A DNA stretch of 38,568 nt, taken from a virus. Of the stretch, positions 18,317 through 27,050 are shown piece after piece. The notes beneath the pieces were generated by a model. It was not told the DNA's origin. It was given only the letters and a program-made list of their open reading frames with translations, and did no database searches. Location: positions 1 through 38,568 of the IMG/VR virus record IMGVR_UViG_3300045988_147631; one strand, given 5' to 3'. How positions within the stretch are numbered: position 1 is the first letter of the stretch; every line of letters starts with the position of its first letter. The translations under genes were made by a program, and so were the position numbers.

Positions 18317-18994
18317 ATGGCAAAGAAAAAAGTTCAAATACAATTATTAAACGAAAAGACAGGAGCAGTTATAGAAGATGTAGATCCACTTACTTCGGCT
18401 GATGCGGTTACCTTTACTGATGGGGAAACATTTCAACAAAAATATGATAGTGGAAAATTAAGAGGACAAACTGGGGCGACAGGAGCAGCAGGTGCTAAAG
18501 GTGCAACTGGAACAACATTTACGCCTTCAGTTAGTTCCACAGGGGTGTTATCTTGGACTAATAATGGCAGTTTAGCTAACCCCGCAAGTGTTAATATTAA
18601 AGGGCCTCAAGGGGAAAGGGGACTACAAGGTATTCAAGGCCCTGCGGGAACCCAAGGGGCTAAAGGGGAAACTGGAGCTAGAGGTGCAAACGGAACAACA
18701 TTCACCCCTACCGTTAGCTCCGCTGGAGTTCTATCATGGAGTAATAATGGTGGTTTAAATAATCCAACTAGCGTTAACATTAAAGGTCCGCAAGGAGAAA
18801 GAGGAGCTACTGGAGCCCCAGGGCCACAAGGTGTTAAAGGAGATGCTGGGACACAAGGGCCTAGAGGTTTACAAGGAGCAACTGGCCCACAAGGACCAAA
18901 GGGCGATAAGGGAGATACTGGAGAAACAGTAAGAGTTGGAACTAGTTACAATACGGCTCAACAAGTTAAATTATTTTTCAAGGTAGTTCCTTAA
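18317..18994 (+). CDS. Collagen-like (Gly-X-Y) tail fibre protein
   Basis: Several GXY tracts ([47 protein letters not shown], and others). Confidence 0.8.
   Translation: MAKKKVQIQLLNEKTGAVIEDVDPLTSADAVTFTDGETFQQKYDSGKLRGQTGATGAAGAKGATGTTFTPSVSSTGVLSWTNNGSLANPASVNIKGPQGERGLQGIQGPAGTQGAKGETGARGANGTTFTPTVSSAGVLSWSNNGGLNNPTSVNIKGPQGERGATGAPGPQGVKGDAGTQGPRGLQGATGPQGPKGDKGDTGETVRVGTSYNTAQQVKLFFKVVP
18500..18805 (+). repeat. Internal duplication in the collagen-like gene
   Basis: [41 protein letters not shown] versus [41 protein letters not shown], about 61 codons apart. Confidence 0.85.
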
Positions 18995-19007
18995 AGGAGG
19001 GGATAAA

Positions 19008-20114
19008 ATGGCTATAAATAAAATAGAAATTCAAAGTGCAACTGGTGATATTTATTACCCACACACTTCTTCTGATATTGTTAAGCATGGAAACAGTACA
19101 CTTAGCGCATTTTTAACTCTATTAGAGAATAAATTAAAAAGTTATCTTCCTTTAACTGGTGGGACAATGACTGGTAATTTGATTATGGGAAATTCTTCTA
19201 AGGTTATTGGTAATGTTCAAGGTAATGCAGATACAACTACAAGGCTACAAAATGCAAGAAATATTACAATAGGGAATGCAACACAATCATTTAATGGTAG
19301 CGCTTCTATAAGTTATACATTACCACAAGTCGGGGCGGTACAGTTTGAATATTCTTCTGATCCAGTCGTAAACGGTGCAAGAATCCCAACAATTTTTGCT
19401 GATGGTTCAGAATGGCTTATGACTAGAAGTGGTGGTATAGTGCCTCATAGAAATGAAGGTGGCTATCTTGGAGTGCCAACAAGAAAATTTTATGATGTTC
19501 ATACTCTTCATATTAATGGGTTTCATGTTGGAGGGCATGAAAATAATAAAAGATGGGAAATAATACCTTTAGTAAATAATCAAGGTGTTATGGAAATTGG
19601 AAAGTATGTTGATTTTCATAACTCAAAAGCTAGTACATCGGATTATACATATAGATTGCAAAATGATGGTTCAACTTTATTGTATTCAGGAACTTTATCT
19701 CAAATGTCTGATAGAAACTTAAAAGAGAATATTGAATATTTAAGTGAAGTAGATGTAATAGGACTTAATTCTAAAATAAAAAAACAAACATTCATTGATT
19801 TTATTAGAGAGTTTAGGTTTGCCACATATAACTATAAAGGTGCGAAAGAAAATAATTTTGGATTTATTGCACAGGATATACAAGATAGCCATATAGGTAA
19901 ATATATGCTTAGGGAGTGTACTATTGTTGACTTCGACCCTATAACAAAAGAAAAAATAGGTGAAAAGGAATGCTTAGCATTTGATATAACTGCATATACA
20001 AGCATTGTTGCAAGAGCTTTACAAGAAGAAGTTTTATTGAGAGATAAACAAATAGAAATCTTAGAAGAAAAAATAAAATTACTAGAAAAGAAAATTGACG
20101 CTTTAGCTTCTTAG
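19008..20114 (+). CDS. Tail fibre with C-terminal intramolecular-chaperone (peptidase S74) domain
   Basis: LPLTGGTMTGNL fibre motif. SDRNLKENIEYL...FGFIAQDI from about 19707, then a terminal coiled coil. Confidence 0.7.
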   Translation: MAINKIEIQSATGDIYYPHTSSDIVKHGNSTLSAFLTLLENKLKSYLPLTGGTMTGNLIMGNSSKVIGNVQGNADTTTRLQNARNITIGNATQSFNGSASISYTLPQVGAVQFEYSSDPVVNGARIPTIFADGSEWLMTRSGGIVPHRNEGGYLGVPTRKFYDVHTLHINGFHVGGHENNKRWEIIPLVNNQGVMEIGKYVDFHNSKASTSDYTYRLQNDGSTLLYSGTLSQMSDRNLKENIEYLSEVDVIGLNSKIKKQTFIDFIREFRFATYNYKGAKENNFGFIAQDIQDSHIGKYMLRECTIVDFDPITKEKIGEKECLAFDITAYTSIVARALQEEVLLRDKQIEILEEKIKLLEKKIDALAS

Positions 20115-20125
20115 GGGGTGATTAA

Positions 20126-20431
20126 ATGGCTAAAGATTTAGCAAATTTACCGTCTTATGTTGGCTCTCGTTCAGAAGAATTTTTAAACTTTATCGCTGGA
20201 AGGAATACAAATTTAAATACACTTCCGGTTCCAAACTCTCGTGTAGAGGAATACTTAGAATTTTTGTGTTATAACGGTGGAGTTGGTGGCGGTGGAGCAG
20301 ATACTACTTCTTTTAATGCTTTATCACAAAATATAGATAGTATTCAGTTTAAGCACGGAAATGCTACAAAAGCAAGTTTAGAAATTATAACCGAAAATGA
20401 AATAACAGATATTTTAAATAAACTAACTTAG
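20126..20431 (+). CDS. Hypothetical fibre-associated protein
   Basis: Internal duplicated SR(S/V)EE(F/Y)L(N/E)F motif. Followed by a terminator. Confidence 0.4.
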   Translation: MAKDLANLPSYVGSRSEEFLNFIAGRNTNLNTLPVPNSRVEEYLEFLCYNGGVGGGGADTTSFNALSQNIDSIQFKHGNATKASLEIITENEITDILNKLT

Positions 20432-20455
20432 GCACTATTTATTTAGTGTCTTTTT
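20431..20455 (+). terminator. Intrinsic terminator
   Basis: GGCACTA pairs with TAGTGTC (one G-U pair), followed by T5. Confidence 0.5.
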
Positions 20456-20487
20456 CTATATAAATTTTAAAAAAGTGAGGAATAAAT

Positions 20488-21735
20488 ATGTCAAAATTAA
20501 TTAATAAAACTAGGTTAACAAAATTCGCAAATGATTTTTGGACAAAAATAAAAGGTAGGTATGATAAAGCTTTCAAAGAAGCAGAAATCAGTTCTAGTAC
20601 AGGGAATGAAAAACATATAACTTTTAAGAGAGTAAATGAACAAGACCCACTTAAAGTTAGTTTAGAGGATTATGCAAGATTACAAGATAAGAATGATTTC
20701 AAGAAAGATGTTTCTTCAAATATTGGAATGACTGACAATACTCTAAAATACGGAAGGTTAAACGGAAATGAAAATCCTAACAGAACATCAGGACATAGAG
20801 GTGTAACTTCTAAGTCATTTGTAGATGGATATATTGACCATATAGTAGTTTTAGCAGACGCAACACAAGAAGTTGATGAATCTAGTAGGTGGAATGTTTG
20901 GTGTGTTACAAAAGGTGCAACTAGAGATGATGATAGAGTTTTCAAGAAAATTGATGTAACGGCAACTATAAGAACTCAAACAATAAATGGATCAGAAGAA
21001 AAGGTAGTTGACCTGCCTATTAAAGAAGCTTTTACAAATGAAACATATTTTTTAGTTCGTTGCGAAGGCAAACGTTATAAAGTTGTTAATGTTAATGCAG
21101 AGAATCAGACTGATGATGTAGTTAATATATCAGTAGTTCTAGGGGGGCAAAATTCTCAAATTTCTTGGGGAACTAATGTTAAAAATAATATTGCGGTTAT
21201 GTTTTTAGTAGGTAGAGAAAGTATAAAATCTTTATCAGAAAAATTAGATAAAGTAAGTTCAGATAGTTCTACATATGTAAAGCATACAGATTGCGTCACA
21301 ACTGGGGGAGCAGTTGGACAAGCAGGTAAAGTTGTTAAGTTAGGTGCTGATGGTAAATTAGATAATAGTATACTTCCAGCTATTGCATTAAACGAGTTCC
21401 TTACTGCCACTGCTCAAGCATGGAATGAACAAGCTGTTGCAAACCTTACATTCCAAAATGGGGATGTTATTTTCCATCAACCATCTCAAAAAAGGTATCT
21501 TTGCATAAATAAAGATGCTACTACTTTTAATGATAGATTTATTGAATTAAATTCAAAAGATGGAACTGTTACAAGTGTTGAAGGTAAAACAGGGGCAGTA
21601 ACATTAAATATCGCGCTTGAAGATAATAAATTTAAGCTAAAAATAAATGGTACTGGTGGAACAGAAACAGTAAAAGAAATTGAAATGATTTCAGATGATG
21701 AAATTGATTCGATAATAAACGGACTTCCTAATTAA
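20488..21735 (+). CDS. Receptor-binding/tail-fibre-like protein 1 (415 aa)
   Basis: N-terminus is paralogous to the 21781 product. GKVVKLGADGKLDNSILPA fibre motif. One copy of the repeated module (about 20827-21063). Confidence 0.55.
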   Translation: MSKLINKTRLTKFANDFWTKIKGRYDKAFKEAEISSSTGNEKHITFKRVNEQDPLKVSLEDYARLQDKNDFKKDVSSNIGMTDNTLKYGRLNGNENPNRTSGHRGVTSKSFVDGYIDHIVVLADATQEVDESSRWNVWCVTKGATRDDDRVFKKIDVTATIRTQTINGSEEKVVDLPIKEAFTNETYFLVRCEGKRYKVVNVNAENQTDDVVNISVVLGGQNSQISWGTNVKNNIAVMFLVGRESIKSLSEKLDKVSSDSSTYVKHTDCVTTGGAVGQAGKVVKLGADGKLDNSILPAIALNEFLTATAQAWNEQAVANLTFQNGDVIFHQPSQKRYLCINKDATTFNDRFIELNSKDGTVTSVEGKTGAVTLNIALEDNKFKLKINGTGGTETVKEIEMISDDEIDSIINGLPN

Positions 21736-21748
21736 TTAAGAAAGGAGA

Positions 21749-21778
21749 AAGGTGGTTAAATATAGCCACCTTGTTTTT
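21749..21778 (+). terminator. Hairpin/terminator between the two paralogous fibre genes
   Basis: AAGGTGG (21749-55) pairs with CCACCTT (21766-72), followed by GTTTTT. Confidence 0.5.
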
Positions 21779-21780
21779 AT

Positions 21781-24210
21781 ATGACAAAATTAATTAATAA
21801 GAACAAATTAACCACTTTTACAAATAAACTTTGGGATAAAATTTCTAACAGTTTCGTTAGTAAAACAAAAGAAAATTTAGTTACTGGAAAAACTACATTA
21901 TTAGATGGTAGATTGCTTCATAATGCTTTAAGTGTTGTTAATAATACCAATGCTATTCATCATATTAGTGAGAATTCTTCTTGGTGTGGTTCTCCTAATC
22001 TTACTGTAAGTGCTAATAATAAGATTTCTTATGTTTGTATTGCAGTAAAAGATGATTTAGAGATTGGAACACAATTAAACAATATAAAATTAGCGGCAGT
22101 AAAAAGTAATGATAATCAAGTTTATCGCATACTAACTGTAGATAGTGCATTAGTTGTGAAAAACACGCTGGGGCATATAAGTTCAAGCAAAATGATAATG
22201 ATACCAGTTAATACCGCTTTTGATACACAAGTTTATTTCATAACTGGATTTAATGGAATGAAGTGGGGAAACACTCCAAGTGGTAGTAATTGGCCAACAA
22301 TATGGCCAGAAGGTAGGTCATTCCCAGCGGTAGGAACTACATTGAGAACAAATCTTACAAACTATATACCGCAGTGGTTTGTATTGTCAGAAGAATTAAG
22401 TTTAAATGATGTTGTTACTTCTGTTAATACAAAAGCTAGCAAAAGTGACTCTAATACTTTTGATAGTACAAATATCTTTAATGCTAATGTTAAATTGAAT
22501 GATACTGTAGATATAAAATACAAACATTATATTCAACAATTACTTTTAGATAGCGATAATATACATGGTAGTGATTGGGCAGTCTATTTCGATAGAAATG
22601 TATATATTCCAACTGGCTCATATGTTACGTATTTAGATATAAGGGTTACAGATGACGTGAATGTTGGAAGTGAACTTTCTGATATATACATATATGAAGT
22701 TCATAGAGGAGATAGGATAAATAATGATAGAATAGTTAATGTACCATTTAGCAATTCAAGAATTAGAGTGTCTGATGTTGCTGGATATGGGAAATGTATT
22801 AGAATACAACTTAACAGAACCTTTGAAAGAGATACTTATTATATTTTGGGACAAAAGATGAGTAGTGGGAAGATACTTATAGCAAATGACACTAAAGGTG
22901 ATATAAGACATGCAATCATTAATAATCCTTTTGTGCTTAACTCTAGTTACACTATATCATCTATAGCTAGGAATACAAATTCTAAAACCATTCATAGATA
23001 CAATATAGAAAGAGTTGGCATATTACAAGATGATATAAACAATATTAATAATGTATTAGCAACAACTATTAAAAATACGGATATAGGCAACGACGCTAAC
23101 AAAATACCTCGTGTAGGCTCTAACGGAAAACTTGACCCGAGAATACTACCAGCGGAGCAAAATGGTGGAGTTCGTACCGTTAATGACCAATCACCTAATT
23201 CAAGCGGTAACGTAACTGTACTGGCTGAACATATTAAATATGTTAATGGACAAAATACTACTGTTAAACAAGCCATAGACAACAAGATAAATGTATCTGA
23301 TGCTGTTGTATCTTCTCAAGCTGGTAAAATAGTAAAGCTTGATGATAGTGGGAAGATTAATGATAATATGCTTCCAAGCTCAATTATAAAATCTAATCAA
23401 GATAACACATTTACAAGAATAAATACATTTAGAGATTATTCTCCTAAAGTGTCTAGATTATTTACTAGAGCTTTTATTAAGCAAGATATTAATAATGCAA
23501 ATGTAGTTGGTTATGATGTAAACAGATATTGTGCATATTTAAGTGAAAAATACAATGAAAATAATAAACAGATTTCACATGTGCTTTTGCCTATTAAAAA
23601 TGCGAATGTGGGACAAAGGGTTTCTGTGGATATTTTCGCGTTTAATAGAGATAATAGAGTAACTCATAATATACCTGCTGGAACATTTCAGATTATAGAT
23701 GAAGAAATAGCTGGGTGTAAATGCGTTAAGATACCTGTTAATATAAATAGTGGCAATGAGGGGATTGGCTTCGGTTTCATGGTTTCATCTAATAGTAACA
23801 ATCATGGTATTGCTTGTATTCGAAGTACAACAGGGAATAATAATGCGTGGTCAGCTACAACAAGACCAAATATTAATTCTACTGTAAGAGCTGACTCAAG
23901 GATAGAAATACCGTACAAGATTTGTTATGAAACAACTTCTGAATTAGTAACAAGATTTGAATTAGAAAATGTTACTCAAATGTACCCAAGAAATATTATA
24001 GGTGAAATGAAACAGTTATCATACGACGCTGGAAATAGTCTTGATGATGGAACAAACACGTGGCTAAAGGCTAACGGACAAGCCATTAATAGCAATGATT
24101 ACCCGGAATTATATGAAAAATTTAATACTTCTAGGACCGATGATGACATAGAAGTTTCTATACCTTCTATAGATAGTCAGGCTGGTTATTACTATATATG
24201 TGCAAAATAA
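21781..24210 (+). CDS. Receptor-binding/tail-fibre-like protein 2 (809 aa) with C-terminal tail-collar-like domain
   Basis: Paralogous N-terminus. Three copies of the repeated module. Two GK(L/I)(D/N)xxxLP motifs. C-terminus IIGEMK...WLKANGQAINSNDYPELYEKF is tail-collar-like. Confidence 0.6.
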   Translation: MTKLINKNKLTTFTNKLWDKISNSFVSKTKENLVTGKTTLLDGRLLHNALSVVNNTNAIHHISENSSWCGSPNLTVSANNKISYVCIAVKDDLEIGTQLNNIKLAAVKSNDNQVYRILTVDSALVVKNTLGHISSSKMIMIPVNTAFDTQVYFITGFNGMKWGNTPSGSNWPTIWPEGRSFPAVGTTLRTNLTNYIPQWFVLSEELSLNDVVTSVNTKASKSDSNTFDSTNIFNANVKLNDTVDIKYKHYIQQLLLDSDNIHGSDWAVYFDRNVYIPTGSYVTYLDIRVTDDVNVGSELSDIYIYEVHRGDRINNDRIVNVPFSNSRIRVSDVAGYGKCIRIQLNRTFERDTYYILGQKMSSGKILIANDTKGDIRHAIINNPFVLNSSYTISSIARNTNSKTIHRYNIERVGILQDDINNINNVLATTIKNTDIGNDANKIPRVGSNGKLDPRILPAEQNGGVRTVNDQSPNSSGNVTVLAEHIKYVNGQNTTVKQAIDNKINVSDAVVSSQAGKIVKLDDSGKINDNMLPSSIIKSNQDNTFTRINTFRDYSPKVSRLFTRAFIKQDINNANVVGYDVNRYCAYLSEKYNENNKQISHVLLPIKNANVGQRVSVDIFAFNRDNRVTHNIPAGTFQIIDEEIAGCKCVKIPVNINSGNEGIGFGFMVSSNSNNHGIACIRSTTGNNNAWSATTRPNINSTVRADSRIEIPYKICYETTSELVTRFELENVTQMYPRNIIGEMKQLSYDAGNSLDDGTNTWLKANGQAINSNDYPELYEKFNTSRTDDDIEVSIPSIDSQAGYYYICAK

Positions 24211-24220
24211 TATTAACTAT

Positions 24221-24250
24221 AAGACTGCTTAGAAATAAGTAGTCTTTTTT
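24221..24250 (+). terminator. Intrinsic terminator ending the structural operon
   Basis: 11-bp stem AAGACTGCTTA/TAAGTAGTCTT with a GAAA loop and a T-run. Confidence 0.6.
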
Positions 24251-24288
24251 ATATACAAAAAAATAAACTGAAAATGAGAGGATAAAAA

Positions 24289-24612
24289 ATGGATACTAAT
24301 GTCATTGTAGAATTAATAAACACCCTTGGTTTTCCCGTCGTGATGGTAGGAGCCTTTGGCTGGTATATAAATAAGAAAGATAAGGAAAAAGCTATCGTAG
24401 ACGCTGAAATAAGAGAAAGAAGTAATAAAGAGAGAGATATGCTTATACTATCTATAGAAAAAAATAGAGAAGTAAATGAAAAACTTCTTGAAGCTAATAG
24501 CGAGCTAGCAGAAAGTAATAGATTACTTATGAATGAATTTTCTACAAAAATAAATAACATAGAAAATAATGTTATAGAAATTAAAAATAATACAAAAGAA
24601 AGAAGGAATTAA
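24289..24612 (+). CDS. BhlA/UviB-family holin-like protein
   Basis: Single N-terminal TM (LGFPVVMVGAFGWYI) followed by a long charged coiled coil. Directly upstream of the endolysin. Confidence 0.6.
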   Translation: MDTNVIVELINTLGFPVVMVGAFGWYINKKDKEKAIVDAEIRERSNKERDMLILSIEKNREVNEKLLEANSELAESNRLLMNEFSTKINNIENNVIEIKNNTKERRN

Positions 24613-24613
24613 A

Positions 24614-25294
24614 ATGAAAATAGCAGTAAGAGGTGGGCATTGTCCAAAAATAACAGGAGCAATTGCTTTAATAGATGAATTAAAAGAAGATAGATTGATA
24701 AAAGATGTTGTGATTAAATATTTAAATCAATTAGGACATACCGTATTAGATGTTACTCCACCAGATTCAACTTCAGGTTCATCTGCAGATTTAAGTTATG
24801 GTGTTAATAAAGCTAATAACTGGGGTGCTGATTTATTTGTATCAATACACTTTAACAATGCTTATAACTCTTATAATGGAGCATTAGGAACAGAAGTATG
24901 TGTTTACTCTGAAAATGATGTTGCTGGAAGAGTTGTAAGTCAACTAGCTTCATTAGGCTTTAGAAATAGAGGTCAAAAAGTTAGAACTGGACTATATGAA
25001 TTAAAAAATACAAAGATGAAGTCAATGATCATAGAGGTTTGTTTTGTTGAAGCAACTGAAGATGTTGCTTTATATAAAAAATTAGGACCTGATATGGTCG
25101 GGAAGACTATAGCAGAAGCAATTGCTAATAAGAAAGTAGTAGAAGCCCCTACTCAAGTATCAAATAATCAAGGTGAAACTTACTATAGAGTGGTGGCTGG
25201 TAGTTATAAAGATAGAGAAAATGCAGAAGAAAGGAAAAGACAATTAGAAGCCAAAGGCTTTACTGGGGTATTCTTAGAAGCTATTAAGAAATAA
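24614..25294 (+). CDS. Endolysin: N-acetylmuramoyl-L-alanine amidase (Amidase_3-like) with C-terminal SPOR domain
   Basis: MKIAVRGGH...SIHFN...E...CFV pattern. C-terminus YYRVVAGSYKDRENAEERKRQLEAKGF is SPOR-like. Confidence 0.8.
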   Translation: MKIAVRGGHCPKITGAIALIDELKEDRLIKDVVIKYLNQLGHTVLDVTPPDSTSGSSADLSYGVNKANNWGADLFVSIHFNNAYNSYNGALGTEVCVYSENDVAGRVVSQLASLGFRNRGQKVRTGLYELKNTKMKSMIIEVCFVEATEDVALYKKLGPDMVGKTIAEAIANKKVVEAPTQVSNNQGETYYRVVAGSYKDRENAEERKRQLEAKGFTGVFLEAIKK

Positions 25295-25300
25295 TTTCAA

Positions 25301-25346
25301 GGCTAGTAGGTGAGATATATACATCTTACTTACTAGCCTTTTTTTT
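25301..25346. terminator. Bidirectional terminator between the convergent lysis and maintenance blocks
   Basis: 16-bp stem (two G-U pairs) at 25301-25316/25323-25338. T8 follows on the plus strand. Confidence 0.6.
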
Positions 25347-25350
25347 ATTT

Positions 25351-25539
25351 TTATGCAATCAATACTGAAAATTCATCAATACATTCTAGCTTTAATATTT
25401 CAATATTTTGTTTATCACTCAAAGTATTTAATTTTTGCATTGCTGCATCGAAGTTTGTAGCTACGATATTCATCTTTGCATTTCTTGTAACTTCTCCATC
25501 TTTTAATTTTATATCCATTTCAAGTCTATAGCACCACAT
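25351..25539 (-). CDS. Hypothetical protein (62 aa), accessory/moron position
   Basis: ORF with a GGAGAG RBS, co-oriented with and 13 nt downstream of the small membrane ORF. Confidence 0.5.
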   Translation of the reverse strand: MWCYRLEMDIKLKDGEVTRNAKMNIVATNFDAAMQKLNTLSDKQNIEILKLECIDEFSVLIA

Positions 25540-25552
25540 TATAACTCTCCAA

Positions 25553-25714
25553 CTAATTTGATTTAGTCTTCAATCTAAAATAATCTAGCACTAATGCTAT
25601 CACTGCTATTATTACAATTACTGCTATAGCATGCAATAATATAGCCTTTGCCCAAGCTACTAAAACCCCCAAAATAGTTTCTAAAGTTACTCCATTAATA
25701 ATTATTGTGTTCAT
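25553..25714 (-). CDS. Small hydrophobic membrane protein (53 aa)
   Basis: MNTIIINGVTLETILGVLVAWAKAILLHAIAVIVIIAVIALVLDYFRLKTKSN. AAGGAGAG RBS 6 nt upstream. Below the track cutoff. Confidence 0.5.
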   Translation of the reverse strand: MNTIIINGVTLETILGVLVAWAKAILLHAIAVIVIIAVIALVLDYFRLKTKSN

Positions 25715-25729
25715 TTTTTACTCTCCTTA

Positions 25730-25758
25730 TTGAAAGGCATAGCAAAATATGTTATACT
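25730..25758 (+). promoter_or_regulatory. Near-consensus sigma-A-type promoter (TTGAAA-17-TATACT with TG extension)
   Basis: TTGAAA at 25730-35 and TATACT at 25753-58, with TGT immediately upstream. Confidence 0.4.
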
Positions 25759-25761
25759 CTA

Positions 25762-25805
25762 GTTGCGAAGTAGGTGTGTAACATATGTTGCCGCCTTATT
25801 TTTTT
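25762..25805 (+). ncRNA. Candidate ~40-nt transcript (promoter plus intrinsic terminator), antisense to the parR-to-membrane-ORF spacer
   Basis: Hairpin at 25773-25795 (9 pairs, ATAT loop) followed by TTATTTTTTT on the plus strand only. Confidence 0.3.
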
Positions 25806-25813
25806 ATTTATTT

Positions 25814-26065
25814 TTAATCAGCCATATCATCAAAAGCTTTATTTATACTTTTCTTTAAAATAGAATTTTTCTTTTCTTCCTTTACTTTAACTTCTGCTGG
25901 AACTGTTGCAACTTCTTTTTGTATAGGTGCAACTCTTAAAAATCTTCTTTCCAGTAACATTCTTTCTAAAGCTACATTTCTACTGCTTAAATTGTATTCT
26001 TTTTTATATGCTTCTATTTCATTAAGAATATCTTCTTCTAAATGAAAACTTGTTGTTTTCTTCAA
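25814..26065 (-). CDS. parR: Ribbon-helix-helix protein, ParR/CopG-like centromere-binding candidate
   Basis: N-terminus KKTTSFHLEEDILNEIEAYKKEYNLSSRNVALERML fits RHH. TTG start 6 nt after AGGAGTGA. Immediately downstream of the ParM-like gene. Confidence 0.5.
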   Translation of the reverse strand: MKKTTSFHLEEDILNEIEAYKKEYNLSSRNVALERMLLERRFLRVAPIQKEVATVPAEVKVKEEKKNSILKKSINKAFDDMAD

Positions 26066-26077
26066 TGTTTATCACTC

Positions 26078-26992
26078 CTAAAATCTTTCTGTTCCTACAA
26101 GCCAACAACCTTTAGCGGTAGCCATTTGTGCATCTTCTATAACCTTAAACCTTTCATCAAAGTTCATATTTAAAGAAGTTCCCCCAGCTAAGAATATATC
26201 CATTTCATCAAGGTTTATCCATCTATCCTCGATTAACTGATCTATATTTTCAGATGCTAACCTATAGGCTTTCTCTTTAAGTTCATTATAATCATCAGAT
26301 GTATCAATTTCATTAACATCTTTTATAATTCCTTTATTTAATAGCTTATCTTTAACGTTATTCATTACAGATCTATTACCAAACTCTATAGTATCAGATT
26401 TCTTATCTATAAAAGTAAGGCTCTTATCAAAGTAAGCAAGCTCTGTACTTCTAAAACCTATATTAACAATACCTACTGGTTTAGATAAAGTATCAACATC
26501 TTTAAGTTTCCAGTATAAAGCTGCATCAGCTTCTCTGCATATGCTTATATCTTTAATCTTAACTTCTTTAAAAGAACCATTAATCTTATCTTTAACCTTA
26601 AAAGTTCTACCTTTATATTCTTCAACTATTTCAGCCAATACTGATTTTCTAAAAGATTTATATGGAACTGCCATCATTATCTTAACTGTATCTTCTATAG
26701 CTAATTCGCTTAGAGCAGCAGCTATTAATACTTGTACTGTATTGGAAACTTTACTATCTTTATTATTTCTCGCCAATGTTTGACTTTCTTTTTCAGCAAG
26801 TAATCCTATAAACCAATCCTCATTGTCATAATTAATCATAATTGGAGCATCAAAACCACTTAATTCTATTTCTCTGCCTTCTCCTATTATTGATTTAAAG
26901 CAACATTCCTTTACTATACCATTAAACTCTGTATATCCTTTAGTGAAACCTCGCCCACAATCAAGGCCAATTATTTGAACATTTTTCTTCAT
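26078..26992 (-). CDS. parM: Actin-like segregation ATPase (ParM/StbA/Alp family)
   Basis: N-terminal phosphate-1-like IGLDCGRGFTKG, GIVNIGFRSTE and a C-terminal FLAGGTS motif. ATG 26992 is 8 nt after GGAGGG. Confidence 0.65.
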   Translation of the reverse strand: MKKNVQIIGLDCGRGFTKGYTEFNGIVKECCFKSIIGEGREIELSGFDAPIMINYDNEDWFIGLLAEKESQTLARNNKDSKVSNTVQVLIAAALSELAIEDTVKIMMAVPYKSFRKSVLAEIVEEYKGRTFKVKDKINGSFKEVKIKDISICREADAALYWKLKDVDTLSKPVGIVNIGFRSTELAYFDKSLTFIDKKSDTIEFGNRSVMNNVKDKLLNKGIIKDVNEIDTSDDYNELKEKAYRLASENIDQLIEDRWINLDEMDIFLAGGTSLNMNFDERFKVIEDAQMATAKGCWLVGTERF

Positions 26993-27050
26993 AAGCAAAT
27001 CCCTCCATAAAATATTAAATTTTTCTTTGTATTGGGTTGATTTATTGTTT

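Noticed and set aside
20488-24210. Diversity-generating retroelement or invertible host-range switch acting on the paralogous fibre genes
   Set aside because: There is no reverse transcriptase or invertase ORF anywhere in the closed genome. The paralogues differ throughout rather than at adenine-specific positions in a short VR/TR pair. No flanking inverted repeats were seen, and both genes are co-oriented.
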